Assembly (NCBI GenBank): GCA_964474825.1 | Contig: CAYYWQ010000001.1 | Location: 1,189 to 65,188 of the forward strand | From: an uncultured Candidatus Saccharibacteria bacterium | Lineage (GTDB): Bacteria > Patescibacteriota > Doudnabacteria > UBA920 | Direction of reading: 5' to 3' | DNA: 64,000 nt | Shown here: positions 27,473-37,508 of the stretch, piece after piece | Layout of the letters: each line of letters begins with the position of its first letter | Numbering within the stretch: position 1 is the first letter of the stretch | The notes under the pieces: model-generated | What the model was told of the DNA's origin: nothing | Seen by the model: only the letters and a program-made list of their open reading frames with translations | Database searches by the model: none | Program-made: the position numbers and the translations under genes

Positions 27473-28573
27473 TTAAAGCCCGAGTAGTACTGCCGCAATC
27501 CACGGGAATACCACAGTAACATCACTCTGGATAATTTGGTAATAGCTTTGGGTGGAAAGTTTGTCCCAGGTAATTTTTTCTTTACCGCCAGCTCCTGAGT
27601 AGGAGCCGTAAGACATTGGGCTGCTACCGATTTCTATAAATCCTGCCCAGTCGCGGACTTTGTGGATTTTAAGGTCGTGCTTTATGGAAGGCACTACACA
27701 AATAGGGAAGTCCGCGGCAATACCGCCTCCAAGTTGCAAAAAGGCAATGGGGGCGTTTTTACTTTCCTTCATATACCAGTCGTACATTAAGTGGAAGTAT
27801 TCAAGGCCGGTTTTCATTACGTTTTGGTCAACGCTAATGTCACCTTTCTTTTTGTGAATCCCGTTATAAGAGTAGCTGGAAAAAATATTTCCCATAGTGG
27901 AATCTTCAAACCCGGGAATAACAATGGGAATATTTTTTTCAAAAGCAGCGTAAGTCCAGCAGTCGGCTGGGTTGGCAAGTTTGTCGGGCTTTATTAGGTT
28001 TTCTTTAAACAATCTTCTAAAATATTCGTGGGGATAATGTCTTTCTCCGTTTTTTTCCGCCTCTTTCCACATTTTAAGTAAATGCGGCTCCATAATGCGC
28101 ACGCTTTCGTCTTCCGGCAAAAAGGTGTCGGTTATTCTACGTAGGCCGGCATCTCTCAGTTCTGCTTCCTGCTGCGGTGTAAGTTCGGTGTAGCGGGGAA
28201 TATAGGCGTAGTGGGAATGGGCTACATAGCGGTAATATGATTCCTCGTGGTTAGCGCCAGTGGCAGAAACTAAGTGGACTTTGTTCTGCCTAATAAGTTC
28301 GGCTAACATTACCCCAACCTGAAAAGAACTTAAAGCACCGGCAATGGTTACAACTAATTTGCCGCCATTGTCCAAATGCTCCTTTAGCCAAAGAGCAGCC
28401 TGCATAGTAGAGCCGCCGTTTAAGTGCTGCAGGGTTCTTTCTGCGTAAGCCGTAACCGGTTTGCCGGCTTTTTTTACGTGGCTGCTAATTGTGCCTTTTG
28501 TGCCCGTGTTTTTTTCCTGCTCAATTAAATTTCTTAAGCCGGCAGACAGCTTGTTTAATTTAGCTTTTTCCAT
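27473..28573 (-). CDS. Deoxyhypusine synthase-like protein (homospermidine synthase-type)
   Basis: 366 aa, with NAD-binding blocks TIAGALSS and LQLGGGIAADF typical of the DHS family. Confidence 0.7.
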   Translation of the reverse strand: MEKAKLNKLSAGLRNLIEQEKNTGTKGTISSHVKKAGKPVTAYAERTLQHLNGGSTMQAALWLKEHLDNGGKLVVTIAGALSSFQVGVMLAELIRQNKVHLVSATGANHEESYYRYVAHSHYAYIPRYTELTPQQEAELRDAGLRRITDTFLPEDESVRIMEPHLLKMWKEAEKNGERHYPHEYFRRLFKENLIKPDKLANPADCWTYAAFEKNIPIVIPGFEDSTMGNIFSSYSYNGIHKKKGDISVDQNVMKTGLEYFHLMYDWYMKESKNAPIAFLQLGGGIAADFPICVVPSIKHDLKIHKVRDWAGFIEIGSSPMSYGSYSGAGGKEKITWDKLSTQSYYQIIQSDVTVVFPWIAAVLLGL

Positions 28574-28717
28574 TTTTATCCTTTTGCTTCTCGCGAATTT
28601 TTACCCCATCATCCGATAGGGCCTCACCACCTTCAGATCCCGTCTTAGGACAGGAGACATTGTTTTAAGCTTCAGCGAAAAGGATTAATTACAAAATTAT
28701 TTTAACAGATATCAAAC

Positions 28718-29308
28718 TTATGTCAAAGCCGTTCTTTTTAATTGCCAGCGACGAATTAGTATTAGGGTGGCATAACTAAAATCAATCGCAATAACCCAGA
28801 CCGGATACAGAAGCCCAATAAAAGAAAATACCTGGTAAGACGGAAAAGAAAATATATATTCAAATCCTGAGATATAATATGTTGCGGGGGAATCTTCCAG
28901 AGGTTTTCTAAAAGATTTACGGAAACTAGGAATAAAGGCAAACAAATCAATTACACACGAAAGAATAACAGAGAATAACGGTTGTTTAGTAACTAACCAA
29001 ATTACTATTGCAACTATCCCTAGAATCAAACATATAATATCCTTGGCATCATGCTCGGTATAACCCTTTTTTATGCATGCCCCAAATATTAATAAGCAAG
29101 CAATCAAGTTGCTCGCAAGTAATATAGAGCTTATTCCTACTCCGGATAAAATTTGGGCAAAAAAATTAATTGTTAAAATTAGTGACCAAATTAAGAAAGT
29201 GAAAGAATGGGGGCGTATTTTATTTTTGAAAATTGCGAAAAGGTATATTACAGTGGCTGTAATATTTGAACCGACCGACAGCACGAGTAAGATTTTTGCA
29301 AAAATCAT
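28718..29308 (-). CDS. Integral membrane protein, function unknown
   Basis: 196 aa with 5-6 predicted TM helices. It sits between the DHS-like gene and aguA. Confidence 0.45.
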   Translation of the reverse strand: MIFAKILLVLSVGSNITATVIYLFAIFKNKIRPHSFTFLIWSLILTINFFAQILSGVGISSILLASNLIACLLIFGACIKKGYTEHDAKDIICLILGIVAIVIWLVTKQPLFSVILSCVIDLFAFIPSFRKSFRKPLEDSPATYYISGFEYIFSFPSYQVFSFIGLLYPVWVIAIDFSYATLILIRRWQLKRTALT

Positions 29309-29313
29309 TGATT

Positions 29314-30396
29314 TTAGATTGCAGGTTGTTGCTGAGTCATGCAGTGAATGGTGCCGCCGCCGTAGATTATGTTGCTGCAGCTTATACCTATAACTTTACG
29401 GTCAGGGAAGCAGGATTGAATAATCTCCAGGGCTTTGGCGTCACTTTTGTCTTCAAAAGTAGGAACTAAAACAACTTTGTTGCCAATGTAAAAATTGGCA
29501 TAAGAAACCGCTGCTTTTTCTCCTTGTTCTTCGGTGCCTTTTTCATCTCCCGAATGCACGGTATGGCCTTCTTCGTAACGCATGTGCGGCATGGGCAGTT
29601 TTATAACTTCAAATGGTTTGCCGTCCTGGTCAGCAGCATTTTTTAAAACAGTGTAATTGTCTTGTAGGCTCACATAGTTTTCGTCGTTTTCGTCTTCTTC
29701 GTAAGCGGTAACAATTTTATTTGGGGAAACAAACCTGGCCAAGTCATCAATATGCCCGTCTGTGTGGTCGTTTACTAAACCTCTTTTTAGCCAAATAATA
29801 TTACTGACTCCTAAATAATCTTTGAGATACTGCTCTGTTTGTTCTTTGTTTAAGTGGGGATTGCGGTTAGGGTTAAGCAGGCACTGCTCGGTTGTTACTA
29901 AAGTTCCTTGGCCGTTAACTTCAATTGATCCGCCTTCTAAAACTATGCCGGGTTCAAATTTTTGGCCAGGTAGAGCAATTGTATTAAATACATCGTTGTC
30001 TTTTAACAGGGGAGCCCAATAGACCGGGTCTTCGTGGGCTTTACCGTAAACGTTGTAAACCCACTTAGTCCAGGCATTGTTGTTTAGGAATGTGGGGCCG
30101 TAGTCGCGGGTCCAGACGTCCGCGTAATTAATTTTATGAAAATTAATGTTGTTTAAATCAGCTTCCGAGTCTTTAATTAACTTTTCTGCCCGGTTCCGCA
30201 TTTCGTCATTTACAACAAGTAACTCAATCTTTTCGCTGCCTTCTAAAGATTTAATAATTTCACAAAAAGTTTTTTCTGCCTGTTCTATTCCCTGGGTAAA
30301 AGTTGTTATGTCGTGCGGCCAGGCAAGCCAAACAGCGGAATGTTGTTCCCATTCCGCGGGCATGTGTAAATCGAGCTCTTTAGGAGTTTGGGCCAT
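29314..30396 (-). CDS. aguA: Agmatine deiminase
   Basis: DVWTRDYGPTF and the C-terminal GGGTIHCMTQQQP catalytic-Cys motif of the agmatine deiminase/PAD family. Confidence 0.85.
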   Translation of the reverse strand: MAQTPKELDLHMPAEWEQHSAVWLAWPHDITTFTQGIEQAEKTFCEIIKSLEGSEKIELLVVNDEMRNRAEKLIKDSEADLNNINFHKINYADVWTRDYGPTFLNNNAWTKWVYNVYGKAHEDPVYWAPLLKDNDVFNTIALPGQKFEPGIVLEGGSIEVNGQGTLVTTEQCLLNPNRNPHLNKEQTEQYLKDYLGVSNIIWLKRGLVNDHTDGHIDDLARFVSPNKIVTAYEEDENDENYVSLQDNYTVLKNAADQDGKPFEVIKLPMPHMRYEEGHTVHSGDEKGTEEQGEKAAVSYANFYIGNKVVLVPTFEDKSDAKALEIIQSCFPDRKVIGISCSNIIYGGGTIHCMTQQQPAI

Positions 30397-31338
30397 TTAT
30401 TTTTCTCCCAAAAGTTTTTGGACTCTTTTTTCTTCTGCTATCATTTCTTTTGAACGGGTGCGGTTTTTTACAAACTTAGTATCAGTCAGGGAAGAGTAAG
30501 TATCCGGTCTTCTGTCGTGCAAAAATCCCCAGCCGTCGGAAATGTAGTGGTTCATATTTAAATCCACTTTGGCAACAATAACTTCTTCTTTGCTGCTGCT
30601 GGCGCGTTTTAAAACTTTGCCAAAAGCGTCCGAAATAAAAGACTGTCCCCAAAAGCGGGACTTGCCTTCTTCTCCAATGCGGTTGGGAGTTATTACCGGT
30701 ACGCTGTTGGCTATGGCATGGGCGCGCATCATGGTTTCCCAGGCTTCATGCCAGTCGCCTTCGCGGGGAATATAGCCAATTACATTGGCAATGGCCGTGG
30801 GGTAAAAAATCATTTCCGCGCCCGCGAGCCTTGCAGACCGGGCCGCTTCCGGAAACCACTGGTCAAAACAAATAAGCACCGCGAAATTGCCAAACTTGGT
30901 TTTAAATATTTTATAGCCCGTGTCTCCTTTTTCAAAATAATCTTTTTCGTAAAAGCCTGGGTCATGCGGGATATGTATTTTGTGGTAGCGGTCTACCATT
31001 TGTCCTTTTTCGTTAAAGACCACGGCCGTGTTGTAATATTTGCCATTGGCAGCTTTTTCGAACAAAGGGACAATAATAACTATGCCTAATTCTTTTGCCA
31101 GGGCTGACATTATTTTAGTAGTCTTGCCAGGAATGGTTTCTGCGTATTTTTCTTTGGCTACTTTTGCAACCAAAGGAAAATATAAAGTCTGGAACAGTTC
31201 CTGCAAACAAACAATTTGCGCGCCTTTTTTTGCGGCCTGGCGGATTTGCTTAACTGTTTTTTCCACATTAGAATTTATATCTGCCGAGACTTTAGACTGA
31301 ATTGCGGCTACTGTGACAAAACGATTTTTCATAGTCAT
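30397..31338 (-). CDS. aguB: N-carbamoylputrescine amidase (carbon-nitrogen hydrolase family)
   Basis: Nitrilase-superfamily blocks VAAIQ, CLQELF, ICFDQWFPE (catalytic Cys) and YPTAI. The gene is adjacent to aguA. Confidence 0.8.
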   Translation of the reverse strand: MTMKNRFVTVAAIQSKVSADINSNVEKTVKQIRQAAKKGAQIVCLQELFQTLYFPLVAKVAKEKYAETIPGKTTKIMSALAKELGIVIIVPLFEKAANGKYYNTAVVFNEKGQMVDRYHKIHIPHDPGFYEKDYFEKGDTGYKIFKTKFGNFAVLICFDQWFPEAARSARLAGAEMIFYPTAIANVIGYIPREGDWHEAWETMMRAHAIANSVPVITPNRIGEEGKSRFWGQSFISDAFGKVLKRASSSKEEVIVAKVDLNMNHYISDGWGFLHDRRPDTYSSLTDTKFVKNRTRSKEMIAEEKRVQKLLGEK

Positions 31339-31459
31339 TTATAAATAATTACCCCTGTATTCTAACAAAAAAGGCAAAAAAATGCTATAATGAAAACAGA
31401 GGCATAAATGCCCATTTTTTCTTAAGTAGCTATTTAGCAATAGCTTTGAGGACGCAAAA

Positions 31460-32578
31460 ATGATTGGGCATATTAGGGACAGTGTAATCGGTTTTGTTTA
31501 TCGTAAAGTGCTTAAGCCGATTTTTTTTATGCAGGATCCGGAAGATGTGCACGACCGGATGATTACAGCCGGCCGTCTCCTGGGAAGTAATTCGGTAACG
31601 CGGGGAATAACAGGCTTAATGTTTGGTTCCAGTAATTCAATGCTGCAACAAACAGTAGCCGGAATAAAGTTTAACAATCCAATTGGTTTAGCGGCAGGAT
31701 TTGATAAAAATGCCCAACTAACTAAAATTTTACCTTCAGTAGGTTTTGGTTTTGAGGAAATAGGCTCCATAACAGGGGAGCCTTGTCCGGGGAATGAAAG
31801 GCCGAGGTTGTGGCGGCTTAAGCAGTCGCAAAGTTTATTGGTTTATTACGGTTTAAAAAATGACGGGTGTGAAGCCATTGCAAAAAGACTTAAGGGGCGA
31901 AAGTTCGGGTTTCCCTTGGGTATCTCCATAGCTAAAACCAATAATCAGGCTTGCGCGGACGAGCAAACAGGTATAGCCGATTATGTTAAGGCTTATAGGG
32001 AATTTGTTTCCGCTAACATTGGCGATTATTTTACGGTTAATATTTCCTGCCCTAATACTTTTGGGGGCGAGCCGTTTACCACACCGGAAAAATTTGAGCG
32101 GCTTATTTCCGCCTTGCGCCAGGTGTCTTCACAAAAACCAATGTTTATTAAAATGCCTTCGGAAATGCCGTTTAATGTTTTAGACGGTATAATAGAAGTG
32201 GCGCGTAAATACAAAGTTACAGGATTTATTTCCACTAACTTAGCCAAAGACAGAAGTAATCCAAATGTCCATGACAAAGATTTTCCTTCGGTAGGGGGTA
32301 TGTCCGGGAAAGTCGTGGAAGAGTTGGCCAACAAGCAAATTGCTTATTTGTATAAAAAGACCAAGGGTGAATTTATTTTAGTTGGCTGCGGCGGGGTGTT
32401 CTCTGCCGAAGACGCTTATAAAAAAATCCGTTTGGGCGCTAGCCTTATCCAGTTAATTACCGGAATGATATTCCAAGGTCCGCAGCTTATAGGACAAATT
32501 AACCGCGGTTTGGCGACACTGCTTAAGCGAGATGGTTACACAAACATCTCCCAAGCCGTGGGAGTAGACAGTAAATAA
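31460..32578 (+). CDS. pyrD: Dihydroorotate dehydrogenase (quinone), class 2
   Basis: N-terminal membrane-association extension, GFGFEEIGSIT, and GNERPRLWRL, characteristic of class 2 DHODH. Confidence 0.85.
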   Translation: MIGHIRDSVIGFVYRKVLKPIFFMQDPEDVHDRMITAGRLLGSNSVTRGITGLMFGSSNSMLQQTVAGIKFNNPIGLAAGFDKNAQLTKILPSVGFGFEEIGSITGEPCPGNERPRLWRLKQSQSLLVYYGLKNDGCEAIAKRLKGRKFGFPLGISIAKTNNQACADEQTGIADYVKAYREFVSANIGDYFTVNISCPNTFGGEPFTTPEKFERLISALRQVSSQKPMFIKMPSEMPFNVLDGIIEVARKYKVTGFISTNLAKDRSNPNVHDKDFPSVGGMSGKVVEELANKQIAYLYKKTKGEFILVGCGGVFSAEDAYKKIRLGASLIQLITGMIFQGPQLIGQINRGLATLLKRDGYTNISQAVGVDSK

Positions 32579-32581
32579 ATA

Positions 32582-33418
32582 ATGAAATTTCCACAAATAC
32601 CAAAAGACAGTATATTGCTTACTCCCGTGCTCCATCCGGCACCGCTGCCGGTACTAAAACCCAAAGCCAAGGGCAGTTTACGCGTGGCTACTTTTAACGC
32701 GCATTTTGGCCGCAATATTGCCAAAGTGGGCCAGGCATTTTTAAATAATCCCAATTTAGCTTTAGCAGATGTTATTTTACTCCAGGAAATTGAACATAGA
32801 AGCGGAGAAAAAACTTCCAGCGCCAGCCAGTTAGCCAAGCGTTTGGGATTAAATTTTGCATACACCGCGGTTAGGCGCCTTTCTTTGGGACGCGGCACTC
32901 ATGGGTTGGCAATTTTGAGCCGTTTGCCTATTAACAGCACAACAGTTATAAAATTGCCGGTTTACCCGCTTCTGCGTTTTAGGCCGCGCTTGGCTGTTTG
33001 CAGTGAAGTTGATTTTTTAGGCAAGAAAATTAAAATTTATAATGTTCATTTAAATGGCCCGCTTAATTACGCAAAAAGAATTTTGCAGCTGAGGGACGTG
33101 TTAGTAGACATTAGTCTGCAAAATAAATCTGACACCGTAATTTTAGGAGGGGATTTTAACACTATTCCGCTTATGACTTTGGCCGGCACAATGATCCCGC
33201 TTTTTTACGACGACCAAAAAAATAAATTCCATTTGTTTTTAAAAAAGCACGGGTTTATGACTAACTGCGAGGAAATTGGTTATACCATGCGCCGGGGTTT
33301 TGTGCGCTTTCAGCTGGACGGCATTTATCCTAAAAACGCCAAAGTTGCAGCCTTTGGCATAGAACGCAGTATAAAACTTTCAGACCACTTTCCTATGTGG
33401 GCGGATATTAAAGTTTAA
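32582..33418 (+). CDS. Endonuclease/exonuclease/phosphatase (EEP) family protein
   Basis: VATFNAHFG...LLQEIE...GGDFN...SDHFPMWADIKV catalytic blocks of the EEP fold. Confidence 0.6.
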   Translation: MKFPQIPKDSILLTPVLHPAPLPVLKPKAKGSLRVATFNAHFGRNIAKVGQAFLNNPNLALADVILLQEIEHRSGEKTSSASQLAKRLGLNFAYTAVRRLSLGRGTHGLAILSRLPINSTTVIKLPVYPLLRFRPRLAVCSEVDFLGKKIKIYNVHLNGPLNYAKRILQLRDVLVDISLQNKSDTVILGGDFNTIPLMTLAGTMIPLFYDDQKNKFHLFLKKHGFMTNCEEIGYTMRRGFVRFQLDGIYPKNAKVAAFGIERSIKLSDHFPMWADIKV

Positions 33419-33421
33419 AGT

Positions 33422-34222
33422 TTATTTCACCGAAGTATTTTTTACTAAAGTTGCGGTTATGGCAACATCCCCGGAGAGGTGTTTGCCTTCTACTTTGACC
33501 ACATCACCTGTATTAAATTTAGCAAACGGCAAAGACTGGCCGTTTTTATTTTGTAATTTTGCGTTTGTAACGTCTATTCCATAAATTGCGTTACCGCTTC
33601 CGAGAACAGTAAAGCTGTTGCCAATTTTCATGGTAATGGCGCCGGTTATGGTTATGTTTATGTATCTCAAAGTGCCTTCCACAGACTTGGCCGCAATGTC
33701 GGCTTTATTTCTGTCCCAAAGGCCTTTAACAGAAGCGGTCATGCCTAATTGCATATCGCTGAAAGTCGCAGCGCCTTTGTTTTTCTTAAAAGTAGTTAGC
33801 TGGTCAGTGTTAATAGTTTGGGCTCCGTTTGTTTTGCCGTCTATAACAAAACTGGAATTGGCGGGATTTATATAAATTATTTTTCCACTGAATGTGCCGG
33901 TATGCGGGAAAAGGGAGAGGTTGCGTAAGTAGGTAGCGCTTATACTGCTGTCTGCCCAAAGTATGCCTTTGGTTTCTATTTTGTCACCGGGTAAAATTTC
34001 TGTAAACTTCATGGCCGCGCCGTTTTTGCGGACCAATTGCGCGTTGCCGACCTCGGCGCTGTAATTAGCCGCGTTGGTGGTTCTAAAGAAAACCTGGCTG
34101 CCTACTATTTTAGTTACTGTGCCGGTAAAGGTTTTGGGCTGGGTTTGGGCCAAACTTATGGCAGGAACAGCACAAAGTAAAATACTGACTATAATTATTC
34201 TCTCCCAAATTTTTATTCGCAT
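33422..34222 (-). CDS. Hypothetical secreted protein
   Basis: Signal peptide MRIKIWERIIIVSILLCAVPAISLA, followed by a Thr/Gly/Asn-rich beta-type sequence. Confidence 0.45.
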   Translation of the reverse strand: MRIKIWERIIIVSILLCAVPAISLAQTQPKTFTGTVTKIVGSQVFFRTTNAANYSAEVGNAQLVRKNGAAMKFTEILPGDKIETKGILWADSSISATYLRNLSLFPHTGTFSGKIIYINPANSSFVIDGKTNGAQTINTDQLTTFKKNKGAATFSDMQLGMTASVKGLWDRNKADIAAKSVEGTLRYINITITGAITMKIGNSFTVLGSGNAIYGIDVTNAKLQNKNGQSLPFAKFNTGDVVKVEGKHLSGDVAITATLVKNTSVK

Positions 34223-34328
34223 ATTATTAAGATAATTTTATTATATTTATAGGGTATACTGTCGTTCACTAAAAGTCAATTTTAAACTGTGGATAATTAA
34301 AAAAACCGCCAAATCGCGGTTTTTTTAA

Positions 34329-34505
34329 TTATTTCCATTCAAGGTCTTTATCACGTTTAGTTTTTAGGGATTTCACGCGGCTTTTGGAAAGGGAAGTCCA
34401 GGCTAAAACTCCAATGGCTGTCATGAGGGCTTCTTTTTCTTTGGCCTTAAATTTACCATCAGACACCAATTTTATTAAAATATCCGCGGCTTCTTTGTGT
34501 TCCAT
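34329..34505 (-). CDS. Hypothetical 58-aa protein
   Basis: Found by manual translation as MEHKEAADILIKLVSDGKFKAKEKEALMTAIGVLAWTSLSKSRVKSLKTKRDKDLEWK. It is below the ORF-track length cutoff. It sits between the SRPBCC gene and a terminator (34298-34330). Confidence 0.3.
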   Translation of the reverse strand: MEHKEAADILIKLVSDGKFKAKEKEALMTAIGVLAWTSLSKSRVKSLKTKRDKDLEWK

Positions 34506-34523
34506 GTGGTTGCCCTAATATTA

Positions 34524-34961
34524 TTAGTTACTGTTTTCAACGTGTTTTTTAAAATTGTCTAAAATTGCCTGCCAACCCTCCCTTTGCATTTCTTCCGGGT
34601 TTTGGTTTTCCGGGTCAAAGGTTACGGTTACCTTTGTGCCTTCAACAGCCGCGGCAAATTCAACTTTCACATGACGGCTTTTAACTTCAGTGGGAGCTTT
34701 ATCCATATCGTATTCAATAAGTTCGTGTTCTGTTACGGCAGTGTAAGTCCCAGTAAAATCAAAGCTGGCGCTTTTGTCTTTTGCGGCCATGGTAGTTTTA
34801 AATTTTCCACCTACTTTTAAATCATTCTCCGCGGCCGGCGCTTCCCAGTCGTCTGAGGCAAAAGCCCATTTGGTAATATGTTCGGGTTCGCTATAATATT
34901 GCCAAACTTTTTCAATTGGCGCGTTAACAATTGCTTCCACTATAATAGTTTTTGTGTTCAT
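34524..34961 (-). CDS. SRPBCC / AHSA1 (activator of Hsp90 ATPase-like) domain protein
   Basis: IVEAIVNAPIEKVWQYYSEPEHITKWA is typical of AHSA1/SRPBCC ligand-binding proteins. Confidence 0.6.
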   Translation of the reverse strand: MNTKTIIVEAIVNAPIEKVWQYYSEPEHITKWAFASDDWEAPAAENDLKVGGKFKTTMAAKDKSASFDFTGTYTAVTEHELIEYDMDKAPTEVKSRHVKVEFAAAVEGTKVTVTFDPENQNPEEMQREGWQAILDNFKKHVENSN

Positions 34962-35040
34962 ATATAATGTTAATAATTATTAATATTATAATAACAAAAA
35001 ACATTAGCACCTGCTAATGTTTTTTGTTGGTAATGAATTT

Positions 35041-35787
35041 CTACTTTAGCAAAGCGGGGATGATTGCTAAAAGCACAATGTCCGCGGTAAAATGGGCCAC
35101 AATGCTGTATTCCAAACCTTTTTTCCAGTAGAGCCAGCCAAAGACCAGGCCGCCAACTCCGTTAAGTACTATTGCCCTGGCAATAACCAGAGGAGTTATG
35201 GCTGTGAGCGCCGCGGTTATGGGTAAGTGGCCAAGTCCAAAGAGTATTGAAGAAAGTATTATTGCCGCCGACATAATTAGGGCGTTCTTAGTAGGCTCCA
35301 TTGATTTGAAAATTTTGGCAAGTATCCATGCGAATAGCGACATGCAAAATAGACGCATTAATAATTCTTCCACTATGCCGCCGTAGAATGCCGCTAGCAG
35401 TGTCTTCCACATTGTCACGTGGCCGTTAACTACAGTAAGTTCCGGAAGGTATTTTCCAAACTGCACATCGCCAAGTGCAATTAACACAGCGGTTATTACA
35501 CCCGCAGAAACAGTTAATAAAACAAAGCGCGGTAGTTTTTGTTTTGTGGGCGTATTTGGATCAAAAAGCGTAAGTACGGGAATATTTAAGCTCTGAGAAA
35601 GTTTTAACCCAAAAAATATGGCAATGGCTAAAAGAACCGCAGTTTGCGCAATTGATGCCAATATAATTGTTAGCAGTGGCTGCCCAGTTTTTAATATAAT
35701 ATCGTGTTGCAAAGTAAAGGCATAAGGCAGAACAGCGGCCCCGCCCACTAGTCCCGCCAGCCATAATACCAAAAATTTGTGCTTCAT
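35041..35787 (-). CDS. CPBP-family intramembrane metalloprotease (CAAX protease/Abi-like)
   Basis: Multi-TM protein with EELLMRLF (the EExxxR motif) and FGLGH motifs. Confidence 0.65.
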   Translation of the reverse strand: MKHKFLVLWLAGLVGGAAVLPYAFTLQHDIILKTGQPLLTIILASIAQTAVLLAIAIFFGLKLSQSLNIPVLTLFDPNTPTKQKLPRFVLLTVSAGVITAVLIALGDVQFGKYLPELTVVNGHVTMWKTLLAAFYGGIVEELLMRLFCMSLFAWILAKIFKSMEPTKNALIMSAAIILSSILFGLGHLPITAALTAITPLVIARAIVLNGVGGLVFGWLYWKKGLEYSIVAHFTADIVLLAIIPALLK

Positions 35788-35794
35788 AAATAGT

Positions 35795-36199
35795 TTATCT
35801 ATTAATTAAGTCGTTATTGTTTTGTGTGTCAATGCATTTTGGAATTAAGTCGACAGGAAAGCTGTATTTATTGGCCGCGTCGCAGGGGACAATGCCGTTT
35901 CCGTCAAAGGCCAATTCCCACCCATTGGCAGTTTTAGCGGCAAACCATAAACCGCCGCCGCCCGTCCCGGCTTCATTAAAAGTGCCTTTGGCAAAGGTTC
36001 CGCTGTCCGTTGTTACTTTAACATTTATTCCACTTCCGGATAAGTCGTATTTATTCATAAAAATTTCAGTTACCTGTTCTACCGTGGTTTTTTTCTGGTT
36101 ACTGCTTTCTACTTTGGTAAATACGCGTAAAGAAATAATAGTAAGTATGGCAAGAATTATAGCCATAACCATTATGAAGCCAAATATTTTTTTACTCAT
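35795..36199 (-). CDS. Hypothetical secreted protein
   Basis: 134 aa with an N-terminal TM/signal segment. Confidence 0.4.
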   Translation of the reverse strand: MSKKIFGFIMVMAIILAILTIISLRVFTKVESSNQKKTTVEQVTEIFMNKYDLSGSGINVKVTTDSGTFAKGTFNEAGTGGGGLWFAAKTANGWELAFDGNGIVPCDAANKYSFPVDLIPKCIDTQNNNDLINR

Positions 36200-36219
36200 G
36201 TTTTTTAGTTTAATAGTTA

Positions 36220-36864
36220 TTAAATTTGTGGTGATTGGGTTGGTTTAGTGAAAATAATAATCCCGGTTCCCGTTAGTCCCGCAATTAGGAGGGAGATGTC
36301 TTCGGTAACGCCCATTGACAGCGCGGCAGTAAAGCCAAGCAGTGACCATAACAAGGGGATAATAAGCGCATATTTGGGAACCCGTCTTGCCAGGAGAAGG
36401 ACTCCAAAAGTAAATATGGTGGTGGGGCAGGGCAGACCAAAAGTGGGAGAGAAGGGGTAAACGTGGCCTAGATTGCTTCCCAGTAGCGGATAGAGTATTG
36501 TCCCAAAAATCATAAGGAAAAGGCCAATAATGGACTTCCAATTTTTAGTAAATGAAAACCATAAGCGGTTCTTTATTGCTCCTTCAAAAATAAATATTAA
36601 TGCTTGCACAATAAACACAGCGCCAAACAGGCGTGCCGCTGGATTAATGTCGGCAAAAAAAGTCCAGTGGTACATAATGCCCATCCATAGCCAGTAAAGG
36701 GCTAGTATTAGGGCTATTATTTTTCCGGAATTTTTACCCGGCTTAAAAATTAAATATAAAATTAAAGCTGCCGCAAAATAAATAATTATTTGCGCTGGCC
36801 AGACTGAGAGGTTGTATTGTTCGAGTGAGCCAAAAAATTGGGTGGGAGTGAAAGGTAGTTGCAT
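36220..36864 (-). CDS. Integral membrane protein, function unknown
   Basis: 214 aa with ~6 predicted TM helices. Confidence 0.45.
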   Translation of the reverse strand: MQLPFTPTQFFGSLEQYNLSVWPAQIIIYFAAALILYLIFKPGKNSGKIIALILALYWLWMGIMYHWTFFADINPAARLFGAVFIVQALIFIFEGAIKNRLWFSFTKNWKSIIGLFLMIFGTILYPLLGSNLGHVYPFSPTFGLPCPTTIFTFGVLLLARRVPKYALIIPLLWSLLGFTAALSMGVTEDISLLIAGLTGTGIIIFTKPTQSPQI

Positions 36865-37056
36865 AATTAAAAATTAATAAAGGTTTCCGTCGAGGAGCTA
36901 ATAAAAAAAGCTAACGGAAAAATCCGCTAACTTGTGTTTATATTTAGCATGGCAACTAGCTGCTCCTCGGGGGAATCACCCAAAAAATTTACGGGTGATA
37001 TTCGCATGTTTAAAACTTATTACTTTAGCATTATAGCATAAAATATAAATGCGATT

Positions 37057-37449
37057 TCAGCGCCCATTGTTCTCTATGTAATCTGGACAAACCACAGTGC
37101 ATTGGTTTTTTAAGCAAAGGGAAGTCATAGGGCAGCGGGATATTAATAAATATTCAGGCGGCGTTTGGCAGTCTGTGGTTTTTGTGCAGGCAACGTCTAG
37201 GACCTTTTCTACTTTATAAGAGTCCAGGGTGTACCCTTGTGGTAAAGATGGGTTTTCCGGGCATTGGGCAAATTCGCACAAAGGACCGCTTCGGCCTACG
37301 TAAGAGCCGTCCGGACAAAGCTTGGCTTCCATTGTGCAGGCAACCGGTTCCGTGTTCTTTGTTTTATTCTTCTGAGCAAAAAACCAAGCCCCACCTAAAA
37401 TGGCTAAAATAATGATAACAATAATGATTCCTGCGGGTTTGTTTTTCAT
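37057..37449 (-). CDS. Cysteine-rich secreted protein
   Basis: Signal anchor followed by 12 Cys in 100 residues (CTMEAKLCPDG...CEFAQC...). Confidence 0.4.
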   Translation of the reverse strand: MKNKPAGIIIVIIILAILGGAWFFAQKNKTKNTEPVACTMEAKLCPDGSYVGRSGPLCEFAQCPENPSLPQGYTLDSYKVEKVLDVACTKTTDCQTPPEYLLISRCPMTSLCLKNQCTVVCPDYIENNGR

Positions 37450-37508
37450 AAAGTAATTTTAAAGAATAATTAATTTTAATGCCAGCCAGCTTGGTATTCC
37501 CGGCGCGT

